Of a DNA stretch of 64,000 bases, positions 1 to 10,100 are shown piece by piece. The notes under the pieces were generated by a model, which worked only from the letters and a program-made list of their open reading frames with translations, was not told the DNA's origin and searched no databases. The position numbers and the translations under genes are program-made. Origin of the DNA: a virus; the IMG/VR virus record IMGVR_UViG_3300028654_000012, positions 32,001 to 96,000 of that record; one strand, given 5' to 3'. Numbering within the stretch: position 1 is the first letter of the stretch; every line of letters begins with the position of its first letter.

Positions 1-2
1 CA

Positions 3-3000
3 GGCTTTACGGCGGTATATACTACGATATACACCCTTACTTCAGGAACAACTGGGGCAGATAGTTCAGTAGAGGTGGTAGGTGGTACTAATGCAGCCGC
101 TTTAAAGCTAGGTACCGATAATGGAGGTACCGAAACTGATGGTACTCTCATTACAAGTTCTACTACTTCAGGCACTTCGGTGTCAGGAGCTTTCCCAGCT
201 ACATCTGCGTACGCAGGGGATACTCTCACTGTTAATTTAAATAATGATGGCCCTCAAACGATTACACTTTCTACAGATGCTACAGGCTTACTTGTGGCGG
301 CAGATATTCAAGCTAAGATACAGGCTCTCACAGCCAACATGGCTTTCAATCAAGCGGCGTATACAGGATTTACTGCGACATTCTTAGGCAATAATGATAC
401 GGGTGTATACACTTTAACGTCTGGAACCTCGGGACTAGGTAGTTCAGTAGTAGTTACTGGACCTTCAATTGCGCCAGCAATGAATCTAGGCGTAGCTAAT
501 GGTGGAACGGAAACTGTGGGTACCTCTATTAATTTACCAGGAATATCTTTTCAAAATGGTAATGTATATAAAGGATTTGCCGTACCGGTATATACTAGAG
601 CTGCTAAGCCCATTACGTTTTTCGCACGCGTTAGAATTTTATTTGGCGCAACAGTTGGAAGTTGGTCGGATGTCCTTCTTGCTACTACATTAATAGATGT
701 GACACAGCAAGAGGTAAGTAATCTGATAAGTAACTTGCCTGATCAGCATGTATATCCTTATGACGAAGCATATAAAACTGTAACTAGAACGACTTCTAAT
801 CTTTCTACCAATTTAGGTAAGGTTTATTGGGCCTATGCGTTAGAGTTTGATGATGCCAACCTAGAAGCTCAGCTGGCTGATAATGACGCGGATATTTTTA
901 GAGCTAGAGACTCTAGATTCTTTTCCATCTGGGGATATCCTGTTGGATTTCAGAAACCTTCCACTATGCAGTATGTGGATTATCGTAATATTATTAATGA
1001 ATTTAGGCTAGCTTCTTTCGCAGGTAGTACCGTAGAGGCTGTAAAGTTAGTAGTGAGTTCTTTCACAGGGATTGACCCCACTATTACTCCTTTCGCTCAA
1101 ATTTTAAATTTTATAACATCTAGCGAACAAACTGAGACTTATACTATTCCTAGTATAGGCCCTTACATTATCACCTTAGCTAATCTTCCTAGAAATACTC
1201 CTACCATTCCAGGCTTTCAGTATACGAATGGAGTTCCAGGTCCTGAGGAGTATTCGGACGGAACATCTGTGTCAGCTACTTTTGCTGCTACTAATCTTAC
1301 AGGTACTATTACAATCAACTTAGATGGGGATGGACCAAGGAAAATTACACTAGCAGCGAATACTACTGGTGCGGCTATCGCGGCTGACATTCAGACTAAG
1401 ATGAGAGCTCTTACTGCAGCTAATCCTGTCAATCAAATAGCTTATGATGGTTTTACCGCAGTATTCAGCGGGGGACTTTATACTCTTACATCAGGAGCTA
1501 TTGGGTTAAATAGTTCAGTAGTTGTCACAGGACTTTCAGATGCAGTTAAGTTGAAATTAGGTGTAGCTAATGGTGGAACGGAAACTCCTGGATCTACGTC
1601 TTCTGCAACCTATGCTCTTCTTGCTAGCTCTACTATTACTAACGTAGGGCCTACGTTAGTTAATGGTAATCTTGATTTATATCCAGGCTCTTCAGTAACA
1701 GGTTTTCCTCCAGGCACTGTTTCAGGAGTTCAAAATATTGCTAACACTGCCGCGCAGACTGCAAAGACGAATGCTAACAACGCTTTTATTGCGGCCAACG
1801 CGATTGGAGGTGCTACCGTACTTACAGGAGATCTAAGTACTTACAGCCCTCTAGCTCCTGGCGTTTACAAGTATACCTCTTCAGCAACGCTTACAGGTAA
1901 TTTAACTTTAAATGGGCCTCCAACTGCCACATGGGTTTTTCAAATTGGTAGTACTCTGACGACAGCTACTTCAGCTTCTGTTACCTTATCCGGAGGAGCT
2001 GTCGCTAGTAATGTACTCTTCGCGGTAGGCTCTTCAGCTACTTTAGATACCTCAACTTTATTTAACGGCAATATTATTGCTCAAGCTAGTATTTCTCTGA
2101 ATGGAAGTAATACTGTCAATGGACAACTAGCAGCTCTTTCAGGGGCTATCACCATCGCAGGGGCAAGTACTATCTCAGCAGGCTCTATTTCCTCAGCGGG
2201 AACTTCAGTATCAAATACATCTCCCGCTACTAATCTTACAGGTACTGTAACAATTAACCTTAATGGAGATGGACCCCGAACTCTTACTTTAGGATCGGAT
2301 GCTACTGGAGCAGCTATTGCTGCAGATATTCAGACACAGATTCGTGCGCTTACAGCGATCAGCCTTCCTAATCAGCTGGCGTATGATGATTTTACAGCTA
2401 CATTTAGTAGTCTTAATAATCAGTATACTCTCACTTCAGGACTTTCAGGAGCGAGTAGTTCTGTCGTAGTTACAGGGGCTTCTTACGCAGTAGATTTGAA
2501 ATTAGGCGTAGCTAATGGTGGAACGGAAACTGTGGGTATGCCTATATTAGGGTTTTTCTCAGTTAATTTTATTACAGGAGTACTTACTTTCAATGCTACT
2601 AGTGCGGGAGAAACGGTTTCTGTAACCTATCTAGATCAAGCAGATATTTACTCTGTTTTAGAATCTCCTACAGTAGAAGCTCATACTATTCCAAGTATTT
2701 TTTCTTATATTGTAACTTTGGATAATCCTCCAGCCAATTGTCCTTCTGTAGGATTAGTACTTCCTGGAACTGTACAGGTGACTCATGGCTCTGCTAGCGT
2801 CGTAGGTACAGGTACTACTTTTACGACTAGCTTTAGTGTAGGATCTAAATTTGTTACTATAGTTGCGGGTAACGTTAGTACTACTTACACTGTCGAGTCT
2901 ATAACAGATAATTTTCATTTAGCAATTAGTTCAACATATGAAGAGTCTAATGCGGCTACTGCGGCTTATAGTAATTTAGTGGAAGCATTTACATTTACTA

Positions 3001-3278
3001 ACAACAATACTCCCGGGCCTAATCAGTTCTCAGTTGATTTTATCGCGGGAGAGCTTATTTTTAATGCTGCAAATGCCGGAGCAGCTATTGTTGTTACTTA
3101 TTTACCTCTCAACCAAGTCCCTCCTCCTCCAGTCGTTTACAATAGATTGGCAGTAGGGGCGAGTGTAATTATTACAGTAAATAATCCAGCAGATTTCGTT
3201 TTAAATACGTCTAACATTGAATTTTTATTAGATCAGATAATTCCCGCACATGTAGAGTACATCCTGGTGGTTAACTAA
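3..3278 (+). CDS. Baseplate wedge-like structural protein with repeated modules and a DUF3494 domain (5'-truncated)
   Basis: The frame is open from position 3 (GFTAVYTTIYTLTSG...), so the true start lies upstream of the window. The segment 'YRNIINEFRLASFAGSTVEAVKLVVSSFTG' and C-terminus 'FLLDQIIPAHVEY' resemble P2 gpI/Mu gp48-type wedge proteins; it directly precedes a collar fibre. Confidence 0.65.
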   Translation, partial: GFTAVYTTIYTLTSGTTGADSSVEVVGGTNAAALKLGTDNGGTETDGTLITSSTTSGTSVSGAFPATSAYAGDTLTVNLNNDGPQTITLSTDATGLLVAADIQAKIQALTANMAFNQAAYTGFTATFLGNNDTGVYTLTSGTSGLGSSVVVTGPSIAPAMNLGVANGGTETVGTSINLPGISFQNGNVYKGFAVPVYTRAAKPITFFARVRILFGATVGSWSDVLLATTLIDVTQQEVSNLISNLPDQHVYPYDEAYKTVTRTTSNLSTNLGKVYWAYALEFDDANLEAQLADNDADIFRARDSRFFSIWGYPVGFQKPSTMQYVDYRNIINEFRLASFAGSTVEAVKLVVSSFTGIDPTITPFAQILNFITSSEQTETYTIPSIGPYIITLANLPRNTPTIPGFQYTNGVPGPEEYSDGTSVSATFAATNLTGTITINLDGDGPRKITLAANTTGAAIAADIQTKMRALTAANPVNQIAYDGFTAVFSGGLYTLTSGAIGLNSSVVVTGLSDAVKLKLGVANGGTETPGSTSSATYALLASSTITNVGPTLVNGNLDLYPGSSVTGFPPGTVSGVQNIANTAAQTAKTNANNAFIAANAIGGATVLTGDLSTYSPLAPGVYKYTSSATLTGNLTLNGPPTATWVFQIGSTLTTATSASVTLSGGAVASNVLFAVGSSATLDTSTLFNGNIIAQASISLNGSNTVNGQLAALSGAITIAGASTISAGSISSAGTSVSNTSPATNLTGTVTINLNGDGPRTLTLGSDATGAAIAADIQTQIRALTAISLPNQLAYDDFTATFSSLNNQYTLTSGLSGASSSVVVTGASYAVDLKLGVANGGTETVGMPILGFFSVNFITGVLTFNATSAGETVSVTYLDQADIYSVLESPTVEAHTIPSIFSYIVTLDNPPANCPSVGLVLPGTVQVTHGSASVVGTGTTFTTSFSVGSKFVTIVAGNVSTTYTVESITDNFHLAISSTYEESNAATAAYSNLVEAFTFTNNNTPGPNQFSVDFIAGELIFNAANAGAAIVVTYLPLNQVPPPPVVYNRLAVGASVIITVNNPADFVLNTSNIEFLLDQIIPAHVEYILVVN
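163..2538 (+). repeat. ~110-aa repeated module (TSVS..ATxLTGTxTINLxGDGP...AADIQ..IRALTA...YTLTSG...LGVANGGTET)
   Basis: Copies at ~163-522, ~1261-1590 and ~2203-2538, a partial copy at the window start, another at ~5959-6290 and a half copy at ~15126-15240. The 36-mer taggcgtagctaatggtggaacggaaactgtgggta is identical at 487-522 and 2503-2538. Confidence 0.9.
1606..2160 (+). other. DUF3494 (ice-binding-protein-like) beta-solenoid domain
   Basis: YALLASSTITNVGPTLVNGNLDLYPGSSVTGFPPG...LAPGVYKYTSSATLTGNLTLNG...WVFQIGSTLTTA...NVLFAVGSSATLDTSTLFNGNIIAQASISL matches the typical DUF3494 sequence pattern. Confidence 0.85.
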
Positions 3279-3280
3279 TT

Positions 3281-5260
3281 ATGGAACAAGAACTTTTTCA
3301 AAACGGCCAGCCAATCCTAACAAACGACCTTAACAATGCTCAGGCAGACTTAGAAGATGCCTTAGTTAAAAGGTTCACAGACTCCTTCTCTTCAGGTATC
3401 TTGCAGAATGCTCTAAATCAATTTGCAATTACCGTGAATGTAGGTAATCATAATCTTATAGATATCGCCACTGGCGTAGGTTATGACCCTAAAGGTCAAC
3501 GAGTATCTATCACTTCAGCTACGGATCTGTATGCAGCTGCTTACGTTACAGGCAGTACTCAGACTTCAGGGATTCCTTTTACTTACGGAGTTCCTAACGG
3601 CCCTTTAACTTATACGAATAATGGATTGCCTGGTCCTCAGTATACTCTTACTCCGCAAAATTCAGGGTGTCAAGGTATTCCTCTATTCGCGGGCGATTAT
3701 AATTATATATGGATTGGCTATTTACAAACAACCGATCCTAATATATTCGTTCTACAGAATTTAACTAATCTCAGGCTGTTTACATCTGCCTACGATGGCT
3801 ATCAGATTGTAGTAGTGGGATCTCCTACAGTAGTGACTAATCCTTCTACACTCAATCCAGATCAGACTAATTTTTCGTATATCTATTTAGGTTATGTAAA
3901 CAATACTGCGTACCCTACTCCTCTATCTGCAGGTAACATTAATACTAATGGACGTACTTTTTATTCATTAGAAAATGATCGCCTGCTAGCTATAGTGCCG
4001 GCTACGGATGCAGACAGAACTATAACCTATACTTACGGTCAATCGGTTAACTTACAAGATCATGTAGGGGCTCTAGGTAATGGAGTTGTAACACCTGAAA
4101 ATCCTCATGGAATGAACTTATCTGACTTATCAGGTGTAGGTACTACTGTTGCTCAGCTCTTAGAAACAGCCTTTACTTCAGGTATAGCCGGTACAGATCT
4201 TTCGTCTTTAAGCTTCAACGTAGATACTGGAGATCATCCAGGTAATCCTGCCTGGGGAGTAAATGGTTTTGAGGTCACTCCTCTTCTGTCTGACTCTACG
4301 CTGTACGTACAAGGCGTTACTATGGCTAGCACAGGAGTTCTAGGTTTCGGCGCAGAATTCTTTATGGCTAGTGCAGGCGGGACGATCTTGCCTACAGATG
4401 TTTACACTATATATGTAGACTCCGTATCTCAGTCACTAAAGATGGCCGGCGCGGCCGGTGGAGCGGGTCAATCCTACCAGGTACAAGTAAATAGTGTACT
4501 ATCTTCAGGGATCACTGTTATAACTTCTTCTCTTACGTCTCCAGACTTTCCGTTATGGTCTTTTACTTTTAATAATGGAACAGGGGCTATTTCAGGGGTA
4601 ACAGATCTAAGAATTTTTGGCAATGTAGGCTCAGCTAGCTTGGCACATAGCTCTGCTACCAATACGTTTATTATCCCTTATAACCTAAGCGTTTCAGGAT
4701 CTATTAGTACTTCTAGTACCTTTAATGCTCCTACTGTCAACGCTACTACCGTAGTAGAACAGGGAGGATTTCCATTAGTTCCTGCAGGTTCTATTAATGC
4801 TTATGGAGGTAGTACTGCTCCTGGAGGATGGTTAATTTGCAACGGGCAATCTTATCCTACATCTACTTACCCTAATCTATTTGCCGCTGTCGGATATAAT
4901 TGGGGCGGGACTGGAGCTAACTTTAACGTACCTGATCTTAGAGGCGTATTTTTACGTGGCGCCAATAATATGGGTACAGGCGATGCGACGGATAGTTTCG
5001 CGGATCCAGATGCAGCAAGTCGTGTTACACGTCTTTCAGGCGGAGAGACAGGTGATAACGTAGGTTCATTCCAGTTAGATGATGTAGTAGCCCATACCCA
5101 TGACGTTATCGGAGCAGCTTCGTCATCTCCAGCTTATGCGTCAGGGGGATCTGACTCACCAGCACATGCTTCTGTAGAAACAACCTTTACCCAGACACCT
5201 ACAGGCGGAAATGAAACGCGTTCTAAGAACGCCTACGTGATGTACATCATTAAATTCTAA
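3281..5260 (+). CDS. Tail fibre/baseplate protein with C-terminal phage tail collar domain
   Basis: PAGSINAYGGSTAPGGWLICNGQSYPTSTYPNLFAAVGYNWGGTGANFNVPDLRGVFLRG is the collar motif; the end 'ETRSKNAYVMYIIKF' is typical of such proteins. Confidence 0.82.
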   Translation: MEQELFQNGQPILTNDLNNAQADLEDALVKRFTDSFSSGILQNALNQFAITVNVGNHNLIDIATGVGYDPKGQRVSITSATDLYAAAYVTGSTQTSGIPFTYGVPNGPLTYTNNGLPGPQYTLTPQNSGCQGIPLFAGDYNYIWIGYLQTTDPNIFVLQNLTNLRLFTSAYDGYQIVVVGSPTVVTNPSTLNPDQTNFSYIYLGYVNNTAYPTPLSAGNINTNGRTFYSLENDRLLAIVPATDADRTITYTYGQSVNLQDHVGALGNGVVTPENPHGMNLSDLSGVGTTVAQLLETAFTSGIAGTDLSSLSFNVDTGDHPGNPAWGVNGFEVTPLLSDSTLYVQGVTMASTGVLGFGAEFFMASAGGTILPTDVYTIYVDSVSQSLKMAGAAGGAGQSYQVQVNSVLSSGITVITSSLTSPDFPLWSFTFNNGTGAISGVTDLRIFGNVGSASLAHSSATNTFIIPYNLSVSGSISTSSTFNAPTVNATTVVEQGGFPLVPAGSINAYGGSTAPGGWLICNGQSYPTSTYPNLFAAVGYNWGGTGANFNVPDLRGVFLRGANNMGTGDATDSFADPDAASRVTRLSGGETGDNVGSFQLDDVVAHTHDVIGAASSSPAYASGGSDSPAHASVETTFTQTPTGGNETRSKNAYVMYIIKF

Positions 5261-5272
5261 GGAGAAAAGTAT

Positions 5273-5461
5273 ATGTCAGAAATGTTTTTAGATCATATTT
5301 CAGAAGACGCCCCTGTTAGTCTGCAAGCGGGGCAAAGAATCGTAATGAAGGTAGTAAATGCAGATGGCACTGTCGCTCAAGTTGTATTTGATGATGCTGT
5401 CCCTATGGGAGAAATCTTTAGTGGAATTGTAGCTTATACAGGACATCTTGTAAGTGCGTAA
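5273..5461 (+). CDS. Small hypothetical virion-module protein (paralog of the next gene)
   Basis: AGGAG RBS; shares AGQ.I...VVNADGT.A...F.DAVP.G..F.G...Y.G with 5471-5665. Confidence 0.7.
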   Translation: MSEMFLDHISEDAPVSLQAGQRIVMKVVNADGTVAQVVFDDAVPMGEIFSGIVAYTGHLVSA

Positions 5462-5470
5462 GAGGTAATT

Positions 5471-5665
5471 ATGGCTAATATGAAACCCGATAGAATCGCT
5501 GAATTCGTTAATATTAATATGGTAGCTGGACAAAAAATTTTAATTCAGGTAGTAAATGCAGATGGAACAATAGCTACTACCTTGTTCAATGACGCTGTCC
5601 CTGCAGGACTTAATTTCGAAGGTAACGCATCATATTCAGGAAATTTCACAGACGTTTTCATTTAA
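5471..5665 (+). CDS. Small hypothetical virion-module protein (paralog of the previous gene)
   Basis: AGAGG RBS; tandem paralog of 5273-5461. Confidence 0.7.
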   Translation: MANMKPDRIAEFVNINMVAGQKILIQVVNADGTIATTLFNDAVPAGLNFEGNASYSGNFTDVFI

Positions 5666-5689
5666 CAAATTTAATAACAGGAGCTTCAC

Positions 5690-6445
5690 ATGGCTTTAAT
5701 TACATATAATCAAAATGCTTCAATGACCATCAAGGGACTTATTCCTGTAGGCGGGGCGGGCATTAGCGTTTTAGCCTCTCCCGATCTTCAGGTAATCGGA
5801 GCTCCTATGGGCGACTATTTAGCTGAAACTTACCAGGTAGAACCTCTAACTACTGCGACCGCTATAGATATGGGAAAAATTGTAACTGGTAAGATAGTAT
5901 GGATTCAGTCAGATCAGCCCTTAGCTGTTACACTTTTCCAAACAACTTATTTTGGAACATCTGTTTCTGACACTGCTCCAGCTACTTCTATTGCGGGCGG
6001 AATGCTTTCTCTTAATCTTAATGGAGATGGCATGCAGACAGTAACTTTAGGAGTTGATGCTACAGGAATACTTGTGGCTGCGGATATTCAAGCTAAAGTA
6101 AGAGCGCTTACAGCGGTTAGTGCTCCTAATCAGGCTGCTTACGATAACTTCACTGCTACATATGCTAACAGTGTATATACTCTAACTTCAGGTATCGGCG
6201 GTACAAGTAGCTCTGTAGTTGTTAATAACAGCGGCATTGCTTCTTCTTTACTTCTCGGCCCTGCTAATGGTGGAACAGAAACTGTAGGTGTTTTACCTAC
6301 AGTACTTTCATTAGATAGTTTTATGATGGCTAATACTACTTTTAAGGCTCTTGAATTAGCTAATTTGTCTTCTACAACTGTAGCAAATGTGGCTATAGCG
6401 GTACTAGGTAATAGAGCCGCTCCTACAGGAACGGGTATATATTAA
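5690..6445 (+). CDS. Structural protein carrying one copy of the ~110-aa module
   Basis: AGGAG RBS; GTSVSDTAPATSIAGG...LGPANGGTETVG copy of the module. Confidence 0.72.
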   Translation: MALITYNQNASMTIKGLIPVGGAGISVLASPDLQVIGAPMGDYLAETYQVEPLTTATAIDMGKIVTGKIVWIQSDQPLAVTLFQTTYFGTSVSDTAPATSIAGGMLSLNLNGDGMQTVTLGVDATGILVAADIQAKVRALTAVSAPNQAAYDNFTATYANSVYTLTSGIGGTSSSVVVNNSGIASSLLLGPANGGTETVGVLPTVLSLDSFMMANTTFKALELANLSSTTVANVAIAVLGNRAAPTGTGIY

Positions 6446-6446
6446 T

Positions 6447-6872
6447 ATGAGGACAGCTACATTAGTGAGGGTTACTTCAGATGCTACTGGAACATTTGGT
6501 AATATTACCACTGATAGTGGCTTGTCTCTTGTTACTCTTGAGTTACCGTGGTTAGATGATCGGCCAGCTGTTTCTTGCATTCCTGCAGGTGTTTATAAAG
6601 TACAGTGGACAAGTCATCCTCTTCATGGATGGGTTTATCAGGTAGAGAATGTGCCCGGTAGATCAGCTATTCTTATTCATTCAGCGAATATTCCTGAACA
6701 GCTTCTCGGGTGTATTGCTGTTGGAGAACAAGTAGTTATGTTTCCAGCAGGAACTTTTCCAAATATAAATATTCCTCTGAAAGGGATTAACCACTCTAAA
6801 CAAGCGTTAATAAACTTCGATGCAGATATGGCTCAAAGTGATATAACTCTTACTATAAAAGGCCCTCAATGA
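6447..6872 (+). CDS. DUF5675-like protein (L,D-transpeptidase-like fold; candidate peptidoglycan-acting enzyme)
   Basis: TLELPW...SCIPAGVYKV...VPGRSAILIHSAN...LLGCIAVG, with the His and Cys of the family pattern. Confidence 0.72.
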   Translation: MRTATLVRVTSDATGTFGNITTDSGLSLVTLELPWLDDRPAVSCIPAGVYKVQWTSHPLHGWVYQVENVPGRSAILIHSANIPEQLLGCIAVGEQVVMFPAGTFPNINIPLKGINHSKQALINFDADMAQSDITLTIKGPQ

Positions 6873-7126
6873 ATAGCGTCTTAAAGTACTTATCGAAAAA
6901 TTTACTTGGTAACTATAGTAATCATAGTGGCAACTATACCCTTCTACGTACGGTAATGTCTGTTGCTTATCTTATTATAATTACCTATTGCACATTGCAC
7001 GATCCGGCTACAAGAAATACTGTGATTACGGTTACAGGGGGTTTAGTAGGTACTCTCTGCGGCGTACACACTATTGGTAGTTACTTTGGAAGTAGTACGT
7101 TGCCTACCGCGACGGTCCCTGACTAA
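6869..7126 (+). CDS. Small two-TM membrane protein (holin/antiholin-like)
   Basis: Two hydrophobic segments (LLRTVMSVAYLIIITYC; VITVTGGLVGTLCGVHTIG); ATGA overlap with the DUF5675 gene. Confidence 0.5.
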   Translation: MNSVLKYLSKNLLGNYSNHSGNYTLLRTVMSVAYLIIITYCTLHDPATRNTVITVTGGLVGTLCGVHTIGSYFGSSTLPTATVPD

Positions 7127-7140
7127 GAGGATTAACATCT

Positions 7141-10100
7141 ATGAGTATAATTCCGCAGGTAGTTATAAACTTAACCGACGAGGCTATTACTCTGTTCGAC
7201 GTCAGAGCATGGAATACTAAGCCTATCGTTCTACCTCCTTTCAACACTCAGCCTGGCGGCGTTCCTGTAGATCTTTCCCTTCTTGCTCTTGATGTAGATT
7301 TAACTAAATCTTTCCATTTGAAGCATTTATATCGCACAGGAAAGATTCACGTAAACTCTACTTTCTTAGTTAGCCAGCTTCAAGCTGGTACGATGGGAAT
7401 TGATGAAGTAGCAATAATCGGAATTCCTACTGTCGGCCAAGCCCCCATCGCCACGAGCCCGACTACTGCTGTCTGGCAGAGTCTTCCGGTAACGCTTCCT
7501 CCTTCAGGACCTGCTGGCGGAGATTTATCAGGAACCTATCCTAATCCTACTGTTGTCTCCGCAGCCGGAAATTTTACAGTAGCGGCGGGACAAATTCTTA
7601 CCCCTACTATTACTTCTTTACTAGGATCTGGAACCGCTCTTTCGATTCGAGCTAATGATGGACAAGGAGGTGCTCCTGGAGGTACTCTTTCTTTAGCTAG
7701 CGGAGCTAGTTCCGGGGGTTTGCCCGTAGGATCTGGAGCTACTATTACCCTTGCAGGAGCACTAAGTCCTGCTACAATTTCGATGGTAGCTGGAAATAAT
7801 GGTTTTGGAACTACTGGAGCATCTTTCAGTCTGGCAGGAGCGGCAGGAGGAGTAGGCGGAGATGCTACTCTTACGGGTGGAACGGGTCAAGGTAACCATG
7901 GCGGCTACATTAATCTTAATACAGGTGGAGGAAGTAGCTCAGGAGCTATCCTCTTTCAGATCGCTGGAACTGAGGCTGCTAGAGTAGATGCATCAGGTTA
8001 TTTCGGTATTGGAACTACTTTACCTTCTACGGCTCTTACTGTTCAAGGAGCCACTAATTATGGCGTAATTAAAGTTCTGAGTGCAGCTCCTGGCGGTGAA
8101 GCTAGTATTGGCTTTAGGCCAATTGATGGGACTGACGGAGGCGTTAACGATTGGGTTATTGGCTCTACAGTTAACGGTAGTGGAAATAATTTTGTTTTCT
8201 GGAATCAATCTAATAACTTAATTACAATTGATCCCTCAGGCAATATGAATCTTGCCTTTGGAGGATTAACTGCGAATAGTTTAACTACTCCTACTCTGCA
8301 AGTTAATGGCTTAGAGACGATAGTTGGCTCTGACAATGGATTTCCAGGTAACGGTTTAGTAATTGTCCCTCCTAATCACACACAGACTGCTACTTATGGG
8401 TGGGGCGGAATAACAACTTCGTCTATCTTCGTCATACAGACTGGAGGGGGGCAGAATCTTTACCTCAATCCCTCATTCGCCGGCGGCTTCGTTGGCATAG
8501 GTATTGATCCCAATGTAGGATCTCCTTTAGGTCCTTTACAGGTTCGTGCGGCGGCTGATATAAATCTTTTGGTAAATGCCGCAGCTGGAGCTCTTACCCT
8601 CTCTGCTATTAACGATGTAAATAGTGCTAATGTACCTTTTGCGATTCGAGCTTCTAGTCTATCTCTCGATAATGGTGCAATTACTACTGATGGTAGTGGT
8701 AATGCTACTTTCAGAAGTGTAGCTATCAGTACTGATGGTTCTCCCATTTTTTCAGCAGGGTATGACCTCAAAATTAGAAGCACCACCTCTCTCTTAGGGA
8801 TTCACACCGATTATACGGGAGGTATCCCCACTCTAGAATTTGGTTGTGGTGATGTAGGTACTATTGCTCGAATTACTACTAATGGATCTACGAATCCTAT
8901 TGTGCTTAGTGCGGGAGGAGTTGATAGTGTATTGTTCTCTCCTGCGGGGCAAGTTGGATTATATGGAAATAATACTTCTCTAGGCGCCCTCGATATAGGA
9001 GGTAATCTTCTCATCTCTACCGCCTCGGTTATTAATCCTGCTCCAGGTAATACCGGAAGTATAAATATCTTTGCAGGTAATACCCAAGATTCTGCGGCTG
9101 TTGCAGGTAATATAAATATAGCTGCTGGTGCTGCGAATACTAATGGCGCTTCAGGCGGTAATGTCTCCATTAGCGGAGGATATTCCGTAGGAGGAGTTGT
9201 CGGAGGGCCGAGCTTAACTCTTTATGGAGCTCAAGGCAATCCAGGTACTCAAGTATCGGGTGCAGCAGCTATTAATGGCGGAACGAATGGTCAAGGAGAT
9301 GGTGGCGCAGGCATCCTTCTAAATCCGGGGAATGGATCAATCGGGGGCGGCTCCGTAAATATAAGCGCAGGAAGTTCTGCGAGTAGGCCTGGAGGAGATA
9401 TTATACTTTCTCCGGGAGTAGGTAGCACTACAGGTCACGTTCAAATTCTAGATGGCTCCCAAGGTGTAGGCAAGGTTCTAACCTCTGATGCTTCGGGTAA
9501 TGCTTCCTGGCAAGCTTCCGCAGGATTTGCGATAGGTTCGGTAATTGCTACCTACATAACGGGAGTGCAGTCCTCAGCTTTCGCCACTTTCGATGGCGTT
9601 AATATGTGGGTTAGTGGCCAAGGAAGTTCAGGTACTCTTGCAAAGATATCTCCTGATGGAGTAAGTACTGTACTCGGAGGAATAGGTTCCTATCCTTACG
9701 GACAGGTTTTTGACGGTAAGAATATATGGGTTCTGGGAAATAATGCGGAAACCATTATCAAGGTTGAACCTAATGGTACTACAACTCCTTATCCTCTTCC
9801 AATTAATAATCCTATATTTGGAGCTTTCGATGGTACTAATATTTGGGTTACCGATGGAACTAGTAATGCTGTCGTAAAAGTAGCTCCAGACGGAACTCCT
9901 ACTGCTTATACGGGAGCGGTATCTAATCCTTACGGTATAGCCTTTGATGGTCAAAATATGTGGGTGGCTAATTCGACGGATGGATCTGTTTCTAAAATAG
10001 ATCCTAGCGGGGTCATGACCAATTATCCTATCCCAGGTGTTTCTCAGTCTTACGGTATAGCCTTCGATGGTGCTAATATGTGGGTAACAAGTCCTATAGA

